Source: Planctomycetota bacterium | GTDB taxonomy: Bacteria > Planctomycetota > UBA1135 > UBA2386 | Length of the DNA: 64,000 nt | Direction: 5' to 3' | NCBI GenBank assembly: GCA_965228735.1 | Contig: OZ245838.1 | Coordinates: 768,001 to 832,000, forward strand | In this document: one piece after another, positions 56,002 to 64,000 of the stretch | Layout of the letters: every line of letters begins with the position of its first letter | Position numbering within the stretch: the stretch's first letter is position 1 | Position numbers and translations under genes: made by a program | The notes under the pieces: generated by a model | Seen by the model: the letters and a program-made list of their open reading frames with translations, nothing else | Databases searched by the model: none | What the model was told of the DNA's origin: nothing

Positions 56002-58044
56002 ATGCTGAATCGCCAGATCGGCTCCATCCTGCGCGGCAAGGCCACGCGCCTGCAGGTGCTGCTCGCCACCACGCTCGGCGGCATGCTCGGCTTCGTGCCC
56101 GGCTTCTTCCTCGCCGAAGACGTCGGGGGCGGGTTCGCGCAGGCGCCGGGCCTCATCCTCGTCCTGATCTGTCTCGCGCTGGTCGCGAACGCCAACCTCG
56201 CGATCTTCGGCATCGCGACGCTCGTCGCCAAGCTCCTCAGCATGCTGCTGCTGCCCGCGTCGTTCGCGGTCGGCACGTGGTTGCTCGACGGGCCGCTGCA
56301 GGGCCTGTTCGCCTGGCTCTGCAACACGCAGGTGACCGCGTGGTTCGGGCTCGAACACTATGCGACGACCGGCGGTCTCGTGCTCGGTCTGCTGTTCGGC
56401 ATCGGCCTCGGAGTCCTGCTCAACGGGATGCTGCAGCGGATCCGGCTGCGCATGGCGAACGTGGAGGAGAACAGCGAGCAGTATCAGAAGTGGTCGAAGA
56501 AGGGTTGGGTGCGGTTCTGCAGCTGGCTCTTCCTCGGCAAGAGCAAGGGCAAGAAGCACACGTGGCGCGAGCTCGCCGAGCGCAACAAGCTCGGCCTGCC
56601 GATCCGGATCTCGGGTGTCGTCGTGTCGACGCTGCTGATCACGGGGATCGTCGTGTTCCAGGAGTTCTTCTCCACGCCGCTGCTCACGTCGAACGCGAAG
56701 TTCGCGCTCGAGTCGACGAACGGCGCGACGGTCGACCTCGACCAGGCGTCGCTGAGTCTCGCGCAAGGCCAGATCCGAGTGTCCAAGTTCGCGATGGCCG
56801 ACAAGGCCGAGCTCGACAAGAACCTGCTCGAGGCCGAAGAACTCGTGATGACGGTGGACGTCGCCGAGCTGCTGCGCCGCCGCCTCGTCATCGACGAGGT
56901 CAAGGCCGTCGCGGCGAAGGCCGGCACGCGGCGGGCGACCCCGGGCGTGATCATTCCGCCGAGCGAGCCCCAGCCGGAGCCCGAGCCCGCGCCCGAGGGC
57001 GTGCCGACGATCGAGGACTACCTCGAGCAGTACGAGGTCTGGAAGAACCGGCTCGAACAGGCCGGGGAGTGGTTCGAGGACATCTTCGCCGGCGGTGAAG
57101 CGCCGCCGGCGCCGTCGACGCCCGAGGAGATCGAGGCCGAGCGCGAACAGCAGATCGAGGAGCACGGGCTCGCCGGCGTGGTCGCGACGCACCTGATCCA
57201 GGAGCGGCCCCGCGTCGTCATCCGGCGGATCGACATCGAGGGCATCACGTGGACCCGCGACGGTGTCGAGGATCAGCTCGCGCTGCGGCTGCGCAACCTC
57301 GCGTCGAATCCGTGGCTGCTGCAGGAACCGGCGACCATGTCACTCGCGACGAGTTCGGCGAACTTCGCGCTCGATCTCAACGGCCCGAGCGGCGCGGGTG
57401 ACGGCATCGGGATGCGGCTGCAGATGCAGGCCGTGCCGGTCGACACGCTGTTCGCCGGGTTGTCGATCGACGGCAAGAAGCCGCTGCAGGGCGGCACGGT
57501 CGACATCGACGTCGGCGGCAAGCTGCGGGCGCCGCTCGGTGCAGCGATGACGATGGACCTGCCGCTGTCGGTCACGCTGCAGAACACCACGCTCGCGCTC
57601 GGCAGCAGCCAGACGCCGATCGAGAGCCTCGTGCTGCCGATCGGGCTCAAGGGCGCGTTGACGCGGCCGTCCGTGTACTTCGAGAACAAGGCGTTCGCGC
57701 GCGCGCTGCTCGAGGCCGGCAAGACCGAGCTGAGCAACTACGTGAAGGACAACGCGGGCAAGCTGCTCGAGGGGCTGCCGAGCGACCTCGGGGTGATCAA
57801 GGACGTCCTCGATCCTTCGAAGAGCCCCGAGCAGATGGCCAAGGACGCGCAGCAGAAGCTCGAGGACGCGGCGAAGAAGAAGCTCGAGGAAGAGGGCAGC
57901 AAGCTCGAGAACAAGGCCAAGAAGGAGCTCGAGAAGGCGCTGCCGGGACTCGGCGGACTCCTCGGCGGCAAGAAGGAGAGCGCGAAGGAGAAGGGCGGCA
58001 GCGGCAATGGCGGCAATGGCGGGAATGACTACCTGGAGGACTGA
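56002..58044 (+). CDS. Membrane protein, TIGR03546/TIGR03545-like fusion (TM domain + AsmA-like beta region)
   Basis: Multi-TM N-terminus, then beta-strand-rich region and Lys/Glu helical tail; family call from memory. Confidence 0.65.
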   Translation: MLNRQIGSILRGKATRLQVLLATTLGGMLGFVPGFFLAEDVGGGFAQAPGLILVLICLALVANANLAIFGIATLVAKLLSMLLLPASFAVGTWLLDGPLQGLFAWLCNTQVTAWFGLEHYATTGGLVLGLLFGIGLGVLLNGMLQRIRLRMANVEENSEQYQKWSKKGWVRFCSWLFLGKSKGKKHTWRELAERNKLGLPIRISGVVVSTLLITGIVVFQEFFSTPLLTSNAKFALESTNGATVDLDQASLSLAQGQIRVSKFAMADKAELDKNLLEAEELVMTVDVAELLRRRLVIDEVKAVAAKAGTRRATPGVIIPPSEPQPEPEPAPEGVPTIEDYLEQYEVWKNRLEQAGEWFEDIFAGGEAPPAPSTPEEIEAEREQQIEEHGLAGVVATHLIQERPRVVIRRIDIEGITWTRDGVEDQLALRLRNLASNPWLLQEPATMSLATSSANFALDLNGPSGAGDGIGMRLQMQAVPVDTLFAGLSIDGKKPLQGGTVDIDVGGKLRAPLGAAMTMDLPLSVTLQNTTLALGSSQTPIESLVLPIGLKGALTRPSVYFENKAFARALLEAGKTELSNYVKDNAGKLLEGLPSDLGVIKDVLDPSKSPEQMAKDAQQKLEDAAKKKLEEEGSKLENKAKKELEKALPGLGGLLGGKKESAKEKGGSGNGGNGGNDYLED

Positions 58045-58709
58045 TGGACCTGCTCGACAAGACCGAACAGCGCATCGTCGGCGTCCTGATCGAGAAGCAC
58101 CTGACGGTGCCCGACAGCTACCCGCTGACCGAGAACGCGCTCGTCGCCGGCTGCAACCAGTCGAGCAACCGCGATCCCGTGCTGGCGCTCGAGACGTTCC
58201 AGGTCGCGGGCGCGCTCATGGCATTGCACGAGAAGGAGTGGGTCGCGCGCGTCGAGGGCGCCGGCCGCGTCCCGAAGTACCGCCACCGGACCGAGGAGCG
58301 CACGGGCGTGGAGGCGCGCTTCCTGCCGCTGCTGTGCGAACTGCTCGTTCGCGGACCGCAGGCGCCGGGCGCACTCAAGCCGCGCGTCGCGCGCATGGGC
58401 CTCTCGGCGACGCCGGCCGAGATCGAGGCCGCGTTACGCGAGCTCGCCGCGTTGCCGCGCCCGCTCGTCGAGCAGCTGCCCAGGCGCCCGCGCGAGCGTG
58501 ATCACCGGTGGGGTCACCTGCTCGGCGACGCGGCCAGTCGGGAGGAGCAGGCCGCAGCACCGACCGCGGATGCGGCTGCCGCACCAGCATCGCCACCGGC
58601 TGCGCGACCGCCGACGCCAGCCGCGGAGCCGGGCCTCGCCGAACGCGTCGACGCGCTCGAGACCCGCGTCGGCGAACTCGAACGCATCCTGCGCTCCCTG
58701 ACCGACTGA
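58044..58709 (+). CDS. DUF480/YceH family protein
   Basis: RIVGVLIEK..TVPDSYPLT.NAL..GCNQ.SNRDPV, LLVRGPQ, RE..RWGHLL. Confidence 0.92.
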   Translation: MDLLDKTEQRIVGVLIEKHLTVPDSYPLTENALVAGCNQSSNRDPVLALETFQVAGALMALHEKEWVARVEGAGRVPKYRHRTEERTGVEARFLPLLCELLVRGPQAPGALKPRVARMGLSATPAEIEAALRELAALPRPLVEQLPRRPRERDHRWGHLLGDAASREEQAAAPTADAAAAPASPPAARPPTPAAEPGLAERVDALETRVGELERILRSLTD

Positions 58710-58714
58710 CGGCC

Positions 58715-58764
58715 CCCGTACGGAAGGCCCGTACGGAAGGCCCGTACCGAAGGCCCGTACCGAA
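58715..58764. repeat. 13-bp tandem repeat CCCGTAC(G/C)GAAGG (about 3.8 copies)
   Basis: Units at 58715, 58728, 58741 and 58754; contains the CCGTACGG core. Confidence 0.85.
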
Positions 58765-58806
58765 CGCGGTCCGTGTTGCCGGTCGGTCGGCTACCGTACG
58801 CCGGAG

Positions 58807-59706
58807 TCAGCTGTCGGCGGTGAGGCGTTCGACGGTGCGTTCGCACCAGGCAGCGTCGCGCGCGCCCGGAGCGATCACGTAGGTCCACGACAGCTGCAGC
58901 GGTTCGTCGGCGGGCACGGTGTGGGTGAACGTCGCGCCGAAGCGGCCGTACGGGCGCGTCGACCACGTCGTCGGGCCGGGGTTGCTCGCGCCCTCGAGGC
59001 GGAGCACGGTGACGGGCTCGTCGGGCAGCGGCAACACGGCGGCGATCCACTCGCAGTCGGTCCACACGTCGTTGCCGTGCGGCACCGCGCTGGCCGGGCG
59101 CACGTACGCGACCTCGGGGCCGTCGTCCTCGGCGAACATCTGGAGCGCGCGGAACTGCTGGCCGGCGTGCTGCGGGTCGCCGGCGAGACGGGTCTCCTTC
59201 GGGAAGCGCAGGTTGGCGCCCAGATCGAGGACGATCGCCTCGCCGAGATCGCGCGCCGTGATCGAGCGGGTCTCCGAGCACACGCGGTCACCGTTCGGGC
59301 CGCGCCACTCGATCGCGACGACCTGATGGCTCGGGTCGACCGTCTCCGGGGTCGACACGATCGCGCGCAGCTGCTGCGTCTCGTTCTTGTTGCAGTGCCA
59401 GAAGTCGAACCCCTGGCCGTTCGTCCGCAGCCGGTTCCATCCGAGGAACAACCCACGATGGTGGCCGAACTTGCCCCCGACGCCCTTCGTGATCACGCGG
59501 CCATCCGGCGCATGAACGTGATGGAAGACCTTGCTCGTCTCCTGATGCCGCTCGGCATCGTGCGGCTCGGCGATCAGCCGGGCCGCGAGGCGACCGGACG
59601 GCGTGATCACGTTCTTGGGATCGCTCGCCGGGTCGGGGCCGCTGGCGCAGCCCGCGAGGCCGAGCAGAACGGCGAGAAGTGTGAGACGCGAAAGGAGGCC
59701 GAACAC
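58807..59706 (-). CDS. PmoA-like/DUF6807 family lipoprotein (beta-supersandwich, not a true methane monooxygenase)
   Basis: LAGC lipobox; HHRGLFLGW, DFWH, WSTRPYGRFG; start 59706 (GTG) or 59763. Confidence 0.7.
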   Translation of the reverse strand: MFGLLSRLTLLAVLLGLAGCASGPDPASDPKNVITPSGRLAARLIAEPHDAERHQETSKVFHHVHAPDGRVITKGVGGKFGHHRGLFLGWNRLRTNGQGFDFWHCNKNETQQLRAIVSTPETVDPSHQVVAIEWRGPNGDRVCSETRSITARDLGEAIVLDLGANLRFPKETRLAGDPQHAGQQFRALQMFAEDDGPEVAYVRPASAVPHGNDVWTDCEWIAAVLPLPDEPVTVLRLEGASNPGPTTWSTRPYGRFGATFTHTVPADEPLQLSWTYVIAPGARDAAWCERTVERLTADS

Positions 59707-59789
59707 GGCGGTGACTTTAGTGTCGGCAGGCCCGAAGTTCTGCGCCGTTCTGCGGCGTGCCACCGGTCCCGTCGCTACGGTTTCTGGCC

Positions 59790-60962
59790 ATGCAGCTCGC
59801 GGTCTACGCGCACCCGTTCGATCTCGCCGCGCTCGCCGATCACGGCGGCCTCGACCGGCTGAAAGGACTCGGGATCTCCGAGATCGCGATGGCCGTCAGC
59901 TACCACGACGGCCGCTGGCTGCAGCCGTGGAACGACGCGACGCGGGTGCGCTTCCTCGAGGACGGCACGGTGCACTACCGCCCGGACTCCGAGCGGGACT
60001 ACGGCCGGTTGCAGCCGTTGCCGTCGAGCTTCGTACCGGCTCAGAACGACGAACCGTCACCGCTCGCGCGCCTGGGCCTCGACGCCGGCCGCGCGGGCCT
60101 CGCGGCGCGCGCGTGGACGGTCTTCACCCACAACACCCGGCTCGGCGAACTGCATCCCGACCTCGCGATCGAGAACGCTTTCGGCGACCGGCACGTGTAC
60201 GGGTTGTGCCCGGCGCGCCCCGCGGTGCAGGACTACATCACCGGGATGGTCGGCGACCTGGCGTCGCACGACGGTCTGTCGACGATCGAGCTCGAAGCGC
60301 TCGGTTGGATGGGGTGGAAGCACGGCAGCCACCACGACAAGGCCAGCTTCCAGCCGCGCGGTCGGCTCGGCTACGCGTTGTCCGTCTGCTTCTGCGACTC
60401 GTGCATGGCCGCGATGACGACGGCCGGCGGCGACCCGGTCGCGATCCGGGCCTTCGCCAGGAACCTGATCGCCGAGCACATCGAACGGGCGGACGCGATG
60501 GCGCCGACCGAGGCGAGCGACGACGACGACGTGTTCGGGCCCGTCCGAGCCGCGCGGGTCGCGACCCTCGAAGCGCTCGGGGCGCGCGTCCGCGAGGCGG
60601 CGGCGGAACGGTCGCAGCTGGCGGTCCAGGTGCACCGCGATCCGCTGTTCACCGGCAGCCAGCTGTCCGCGTCCCAGGCCGGCGGGCTGCCGGCGGCCGA
60701 ACGGGTGGTCACCGCGTACGGCGAGGATCCGGCCGCGATCGCCGCCCATCTCAGCGACCCGGCTACGTGGGCGACCGGCGGCGCGGACGCGCCGCGCCGG
60801 CTGTCGTTCTGGCCGAAGGCGCCGCAGTTCACGTCCGACGAGGATCTCGTGAAGGTTCGCGAGCTGTGCCGCGAGCATGGCGTCGAGTCGATCGCGATCT
60901 ACCATCTCGGATTGCTGCCGTGGCGCACGCTGGAACGCGCCGCGCGGGTGCTGCAAGCATGA
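59790..60962 (+). CDS. Putative glycoside-hydrolase-like TIM-barrel protein
   Basis: AVSYH, WTVFTHN, NAFGD...LCP..PAV, LEA, CFCDSC, IYHLG. Confidence 0.6.
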   Translation: MQLAVYAHPFDLAALADHGGLDRLKGLGISEIAMAVSYHDGRWLQPWNDATRVRFLEDGTVHYRPDSERDYGRLQPLPSSFVPAQNDEPSPLARLGLDAGRAGLAARAWTVFTHNTRLGELHPDLAIENAFGDRHVYGLCPARPAVQDYITGMVGDLASHDGLSTIELEALGWMGWKHGSHHDKASFQPRGRLGYALSVCFCDSCMAAMTTAGGDPVAIRAFARNLIAEHIERADAMAPTEASDDDDVFGPVRAARVATLEALGARVREAAAERSQLAVQVHRDPLFTGSQLSASQAGGLPAAERVVTAYGEDPAAIAAHLSDPATWATGGADAPRRLSFWPKAPQFTSDEDLVKVRELCREHGVESIAIYHLGLLPWRTLERAARVLQA

Positions 60963-62647
60963 TCGCCACATCGACCCTCCGTTCGTTCCTCGCGCTGGCC
61001 CTGGCCGGCGTGACTCTCGGTGTCACGACTGCGGCGCAGCAGGCGACCGGCGCGATCGCGAATCCGGCGCGGCCGCGCCTCGTCGTGCTCTGCGGCGTCG
61101 ATCAGCTCGCGCGGTGGGTGTTCGACGCGGGGCGGCCGTTCTTCGCCGAGGACGGCGGGTTTGCCGAGCTGCAACGCCGCGGCGCGACGTTCACCAATTG
61201 CGCGTTCGAGCACGCGTGCACGGAGACCGGGCCCGGCCACGCGACGATCGGCACGGGTGCTCCCGCGGCGCTGCACGGCATCGCGCGCAACCGTTGGTAC
61301 TCACCGCAGAGCAGGCGCGCCGTCTACTGTGCCGGGGCCGCGGCGGCGCCGCTCCCCGGGCTCGACGAGGGCAAGAATCGCGGCGCCGGTCGGCTGCTCG
61401 CCCCGACGCTCGCGGAGGTCATGGAGCGCGAGATCCCCGGCACCAGGACCGTCGGGGTCTCCTGGAAGGACCGGTCGGCGATCCTCATGGTCGGCGATCA
61501 CGCGGACACCGCCGCGTGGATCGAGACCGGCACCGGGCGGCTCGTGACGAACCGGACCTGGGGGCCGCAGGTACCCGAGTGGGTGGCGCAGTTCAACCGC
61601 GACGGCGTGATCGATTCGTTCTTCGATTGGGAATGGACCCGCACGGGACCGGCCGCAGCCTACGACGGACTCGTCGACGACCGGCCCTACGAGTCGAAGC
61701 ATGGCGCGAGCGACAGCCGGAGCCTGCCGGCCCGCCTCGTCGGCAAGGGCGGCCGTGATCGCGCGTTCTACAGCCAGGTCTACAACTCCCCGGCCGGGAA
61801 CGAGATCATCCGGATCGCGGCGACGCGCGCCGTCGACGGCATGCAGCTCGGGCAGGACGACACGCCGGACCTGCTCGCCGTGAGCTTCTCGTCCACCGAC
61901 GTCGTCGGGCACTACTTCGGGCCGGATTCGGTCGAATCGCGGGACGCGTTGCTGCGCCTCGATCGCGAACTCGCGACGCTGTTGACGTTCCTCGACGAGC
62001 GCGTCGGGCGCGACCGCTACGCGTTCTTCCTGACCGCGGACCACGGCGTCGGGCCGACGCCGGAGTGGGCGAAGGAACGCGGTCTCGACGCCGGTCGTGG
62101 GGTGCTGCAGGTGCAGGCTCGCGCCGCCGCCGAACGCGACATCAAGCGGGAGCTCGGTGACCCACCCGCGGGGCAGCGCTACATCGCCCACGTCGGCGAG
62201 TGGGCGCTGGTGCTCAACGGCGCCGCGTTCGCGGGCGAGGACGGCGAGCTTCGCCGCGCTCGAGCCGCGCAGGTCGCGGCTGCCGCGGTGGGCAACGTGC
62301 GCGGCATGAAGGCGGGCTACACGACTGCCGAGATCCTGGCCGGAGCCCATCCCGACGATGCGATCGTGAACGCGCTGCGGGCCGCGCTGCATCCGGATCG
62401 CGCGGGCGACGTGCAACTCGTGCCGCAGCCGTACTGGCTCGACGGTTCGATCACCGCGTCGCACGGCACGCCGCACGACTACGATCGCGAGGTCGTCGGG
62501 TTGGTGTTCGGCCCCGGCGTGCCGGCCGGCGTGACGATCGACGATCCCGTCACGCCTGGTCTCGGCGCCGTGCTGTTTGCGCGGATGCTCGGCATTCCGA
62601 TCCCGGCGCTGGCGACGGCCGCGGTGCCGGCCGCCCTGAACGACTGA
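60959..62647 (+). CDS. Alkaline phosphatase superfamily protein (PafA-like)
   Basis: VDQL, TETGPGHATIGTG (Thr nucleophile), KDRSAI, STDVVGH, TADHG, HGTP..YD. Confidence 0.92.
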   Translation: MIATSTLRSFLALALAGVTLGVTTAAQQATGAIANPARPRLVVLCGVDQLARWVFDAGRPFFAEDGGFAELQRRGATFTNCAFEHACTETGPGHATIGTGAPAALHGIARNRWYSPQSRRAVYCAGAAAAPLPGLDEGKNRGAGRLLAPTLAEVMEREIPGTRTVGVSWKDRSAILMVGDHADTAAWIETGTGRLVTNRTWGPQVPEWVAQFNRDGVIDSFFDWEWTRTGPAAAYDGLVDDRPYESKHGASDSRSLPARLVGKGGRDRAFYSQVYNSPAGNEIIRIAATRAVDGMQLGQDDTPDLLAVSFSSTDVVGHYFGPDSVESRDALLRLDRELATLLTFLDERVGRDRYAFFLTADHGVGPTPEWAKERGLDAGRGVLQVQARAAAERDIKRELGDPPAGQRYIAHVGEWALVLNGAAFAGEDGELRRARAAQVAAAAVGNVRGMKAGYTTAEILAGAHPDDAIVNALRAALHPDRAGDVQLVPQPYWLDGSITASHGTPHDYDREVVGLVFGPGVPAGVTIDDPVTPGLGAVLFARMLGIPIPALATAAVPAALND

Positions 62648-62744
62648 ACAGCGCGCGCCGTGGCGCCCGTGGCATCGCGGTTGCGGCCGCGCGTCGCCGC
62701 CTCGCGCTGGAGCGGCCGACCCGGGATCCGAATCCGGGCTACAC

Positions 62745-63476
62745 TTGAGCACCCCCGAACCGTTCTCGGCCCTCGAGAGCGGGCCCTCCGCCGTGCGCCT
62801 GGCCCAGGTAGCGCACGGGTCATCTCCCATGGACCGACTCTCCGAACGCTTCCCCCTCGAGCGAGGCAGTCACGACTCGCGCGAGCAAGGCATGTGTGCC
62901 ATGGAAATGGTCGCGTGGCTCGCCGGCGAACCTCATAGCGACGAACCCCGGTGCGCGTGCCCCGTGATCGCGGCGTTCGTGCGCGCGGCCAACGACGTGA
63001 TGGGTGGCGACGAGCGCAACGTGCATCTGCGACCGCTCGTGCCCCAGCTCGTGAACACCCGCCGCGGCTTCGCAGTGCAGCAGCGGCGCGGCTGGCTCGT
63101 CCTCGACTGCATGCTGCGCGAGCTCGTGCCGATGTGGCTCGAGCAACGCGGCCGCACGACCGCGGCGCGCGCGTTCCGGAGCCTCGGTTCCGTGCGTTCT
63201 GCGGTCGCCCTCGAGCGCGCCGCGGGTGCGCTCGGCGAGCACGGCGTGGAGCTCCGCGCCGCCCGTTGGGTCGTGCAGCGGGCCCGCGAGGGCCGGTCAC
63301 CGGCGCGCTTCGTGGCGGGCGCGGTGCAGATCGCGCGCGGCATCGCCGACGAACGGGCGTGGCCCGCGGTCGCGCGGACGATCGCCGCGATGGCAGCCGT
63401 CGGCCGGAACCCGCACGACGGCCGAACGCCCGAGGGGCGTCCGGTGTCGTCGGACCCTGCGGCTGCCGGGGCCTGA
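62745..63476 (+). CDS. Hypothetical protein with Cys/His-rich N-terminal domain
   Basis: GSH...CAME...LAGEPHSDEPRCACPV...ND; start 62745 (TTG) or 62829 (ATG). Confidence 0.7.
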   Translation: MSTPEPFSALESGPSAVRLAQVAHGSSPMDRLSERFPLERGSHDSREQGMCAMEMVAWLAGEPHSDEPRCACPVIAAFVRAANDVMGGDERNVHLRPLVPQLVNTRRGFAVQQRRGWLVLDCMLRELVPMWLEQRGRTTAARAFRSLGSVRSAVALERAAGALGEHGVELRAARWVVQRAREGRSPARFVAGAVQIARGIADERAWPAVARTIAAMAAVGRNPHDGRTPEGRPVSSDPAAAGA

Positions 63477-63534
63477 TCCGCGGCGACGGGCCGTGCTCTC
63501 AGGTTGATCGACCGGCGTTGCCGATGGAGTCGGC

Positions 63535-64000
63535 ATGTCAGGGCGGGCAGCGTGGTGGGTGATACCGGCGGCAATCGCCGTGTTCGTCGCCGTGGCGCGC
63601 CTCGGTTCGGATCCGAACGCCGCCCAGCCGATCGCGCTCGATGCGAGCGCCACGACTGCGGCGGCAACGAACCCCGTCGCGCGGCAGAGCGAGATCGTCG
63701 CCGAGCCGCGCGATGCCGCGGCTCGCGGCGCGATTCGTGACGCGGCCGGGCCCGTGCCGATCGTGCGGCTGCGGGACGTCGCGGGGCAGGACCTCGGCAC
63801 GACCCTGATCGCGGCGACCCCGGACCTCGAACTCGTGCTGCCGCCGGCCGTCGCGAACCAGCGCGTAGCGTTCACCCTCAGCCGTCTCACGGGTGACGCC
63901 GAGGCGGCGTCGACGCCGTTCCTGGCCGGCAAGCTGCGGGTGCCGGCGTCCGGCAGGGCCGCGATTCGCGGCCTCCCGGCCGGCGAGTATTCGATCGTGA
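63535..64000 (+). CDS. Hypothetical membrane-anchored protein (3'-truncated by window edge)
   Basis: GGAG SD, MSGRAAWWVIPAAIAVFV, open to the window end (RGLPAGEYSIV); not in the supplied ORF track. Confidence 0.65.
   Translation, partial: MSGRAAWWVIPAAIAVFVAVARLGSDPNAAQPIALDASATTAAATNPVARQSEIVAEPRDAAARGAIRDAAGPVPIVRLRDVAGQDLGTTLIAATPDLELVLPPAVANQRVAFTLSRLTGDAEAASTPFLAGKLRVPASGRAAIRGLPAGEYSIV

Noticed and set aside
58715..58764. Possible CRISPR array
   Set aside because: Direct 13-bp units with no spacers, and no cas genes nearby
58807..59763. Methane monooxygenase subunit
   Set aside because: Soluble lipoprotein with no TM bundle and no pmoB/pmoC; the family name is misleading

Overview
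This is a very GC-rich (roughly 70% by eye, not computed), gene-dense bacterial chromosome segment. It is most likely from Planctomycetota, based on a TIGR02999-like ECF sigma factor with a Ser/Thr kinase, a PVC-type heme-binding dehydrogenase, a sulfatase and several ECFs. About 53 CDS are supported. Housekeeping genes are rpsI, yebC, sucCD, tatA, a polyprenyl synthase, system II cytochrome c biogenesis, folD, serS, tilS, gap-pgk and xylAB. There is also a pseudopilin G-H-I-J cluster, a peptidase operon and three ECF sigma loci. I found no rRNA, tRNA, CRISPR array or transposase. The best candidate for an undescribed system is at 9325-15600 (- strand): an ECF43-like sigma, a Ser/Thr kinase with an FGE-like sensor domain, an orphan protein and an 813-aa polyprotein. 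The polyprotein joins an L,D-transpeptidase-like Cys domain, a peptidoglycan-binding domain, an intact metacaspase, and a tail of three amphipathic/cationic peptides. Each peptide follows an acidic spacer and a Lys-Ala-(Leu/Phe) site, and the tail has its own Shine-Dalgarno/ATG. An identical motif, TGGCGGA-N14-GTCGTTG, lies upstream of both the sigma gene and the polyprotein. A second ECF/kinase/soluble zinc-finger/FHA/coiled-coil locus (2089-9207) has a shared AATA-N15-CGYA motif before three of its genes. Other oddities are a CCGTACGG-ended palindromic repeat family, probable catalytic-site variants (GGDEF, FolD, GmhB-like) and a eukaryote-like PGK. All family calls come from reading motifs by eye, not from database searches.
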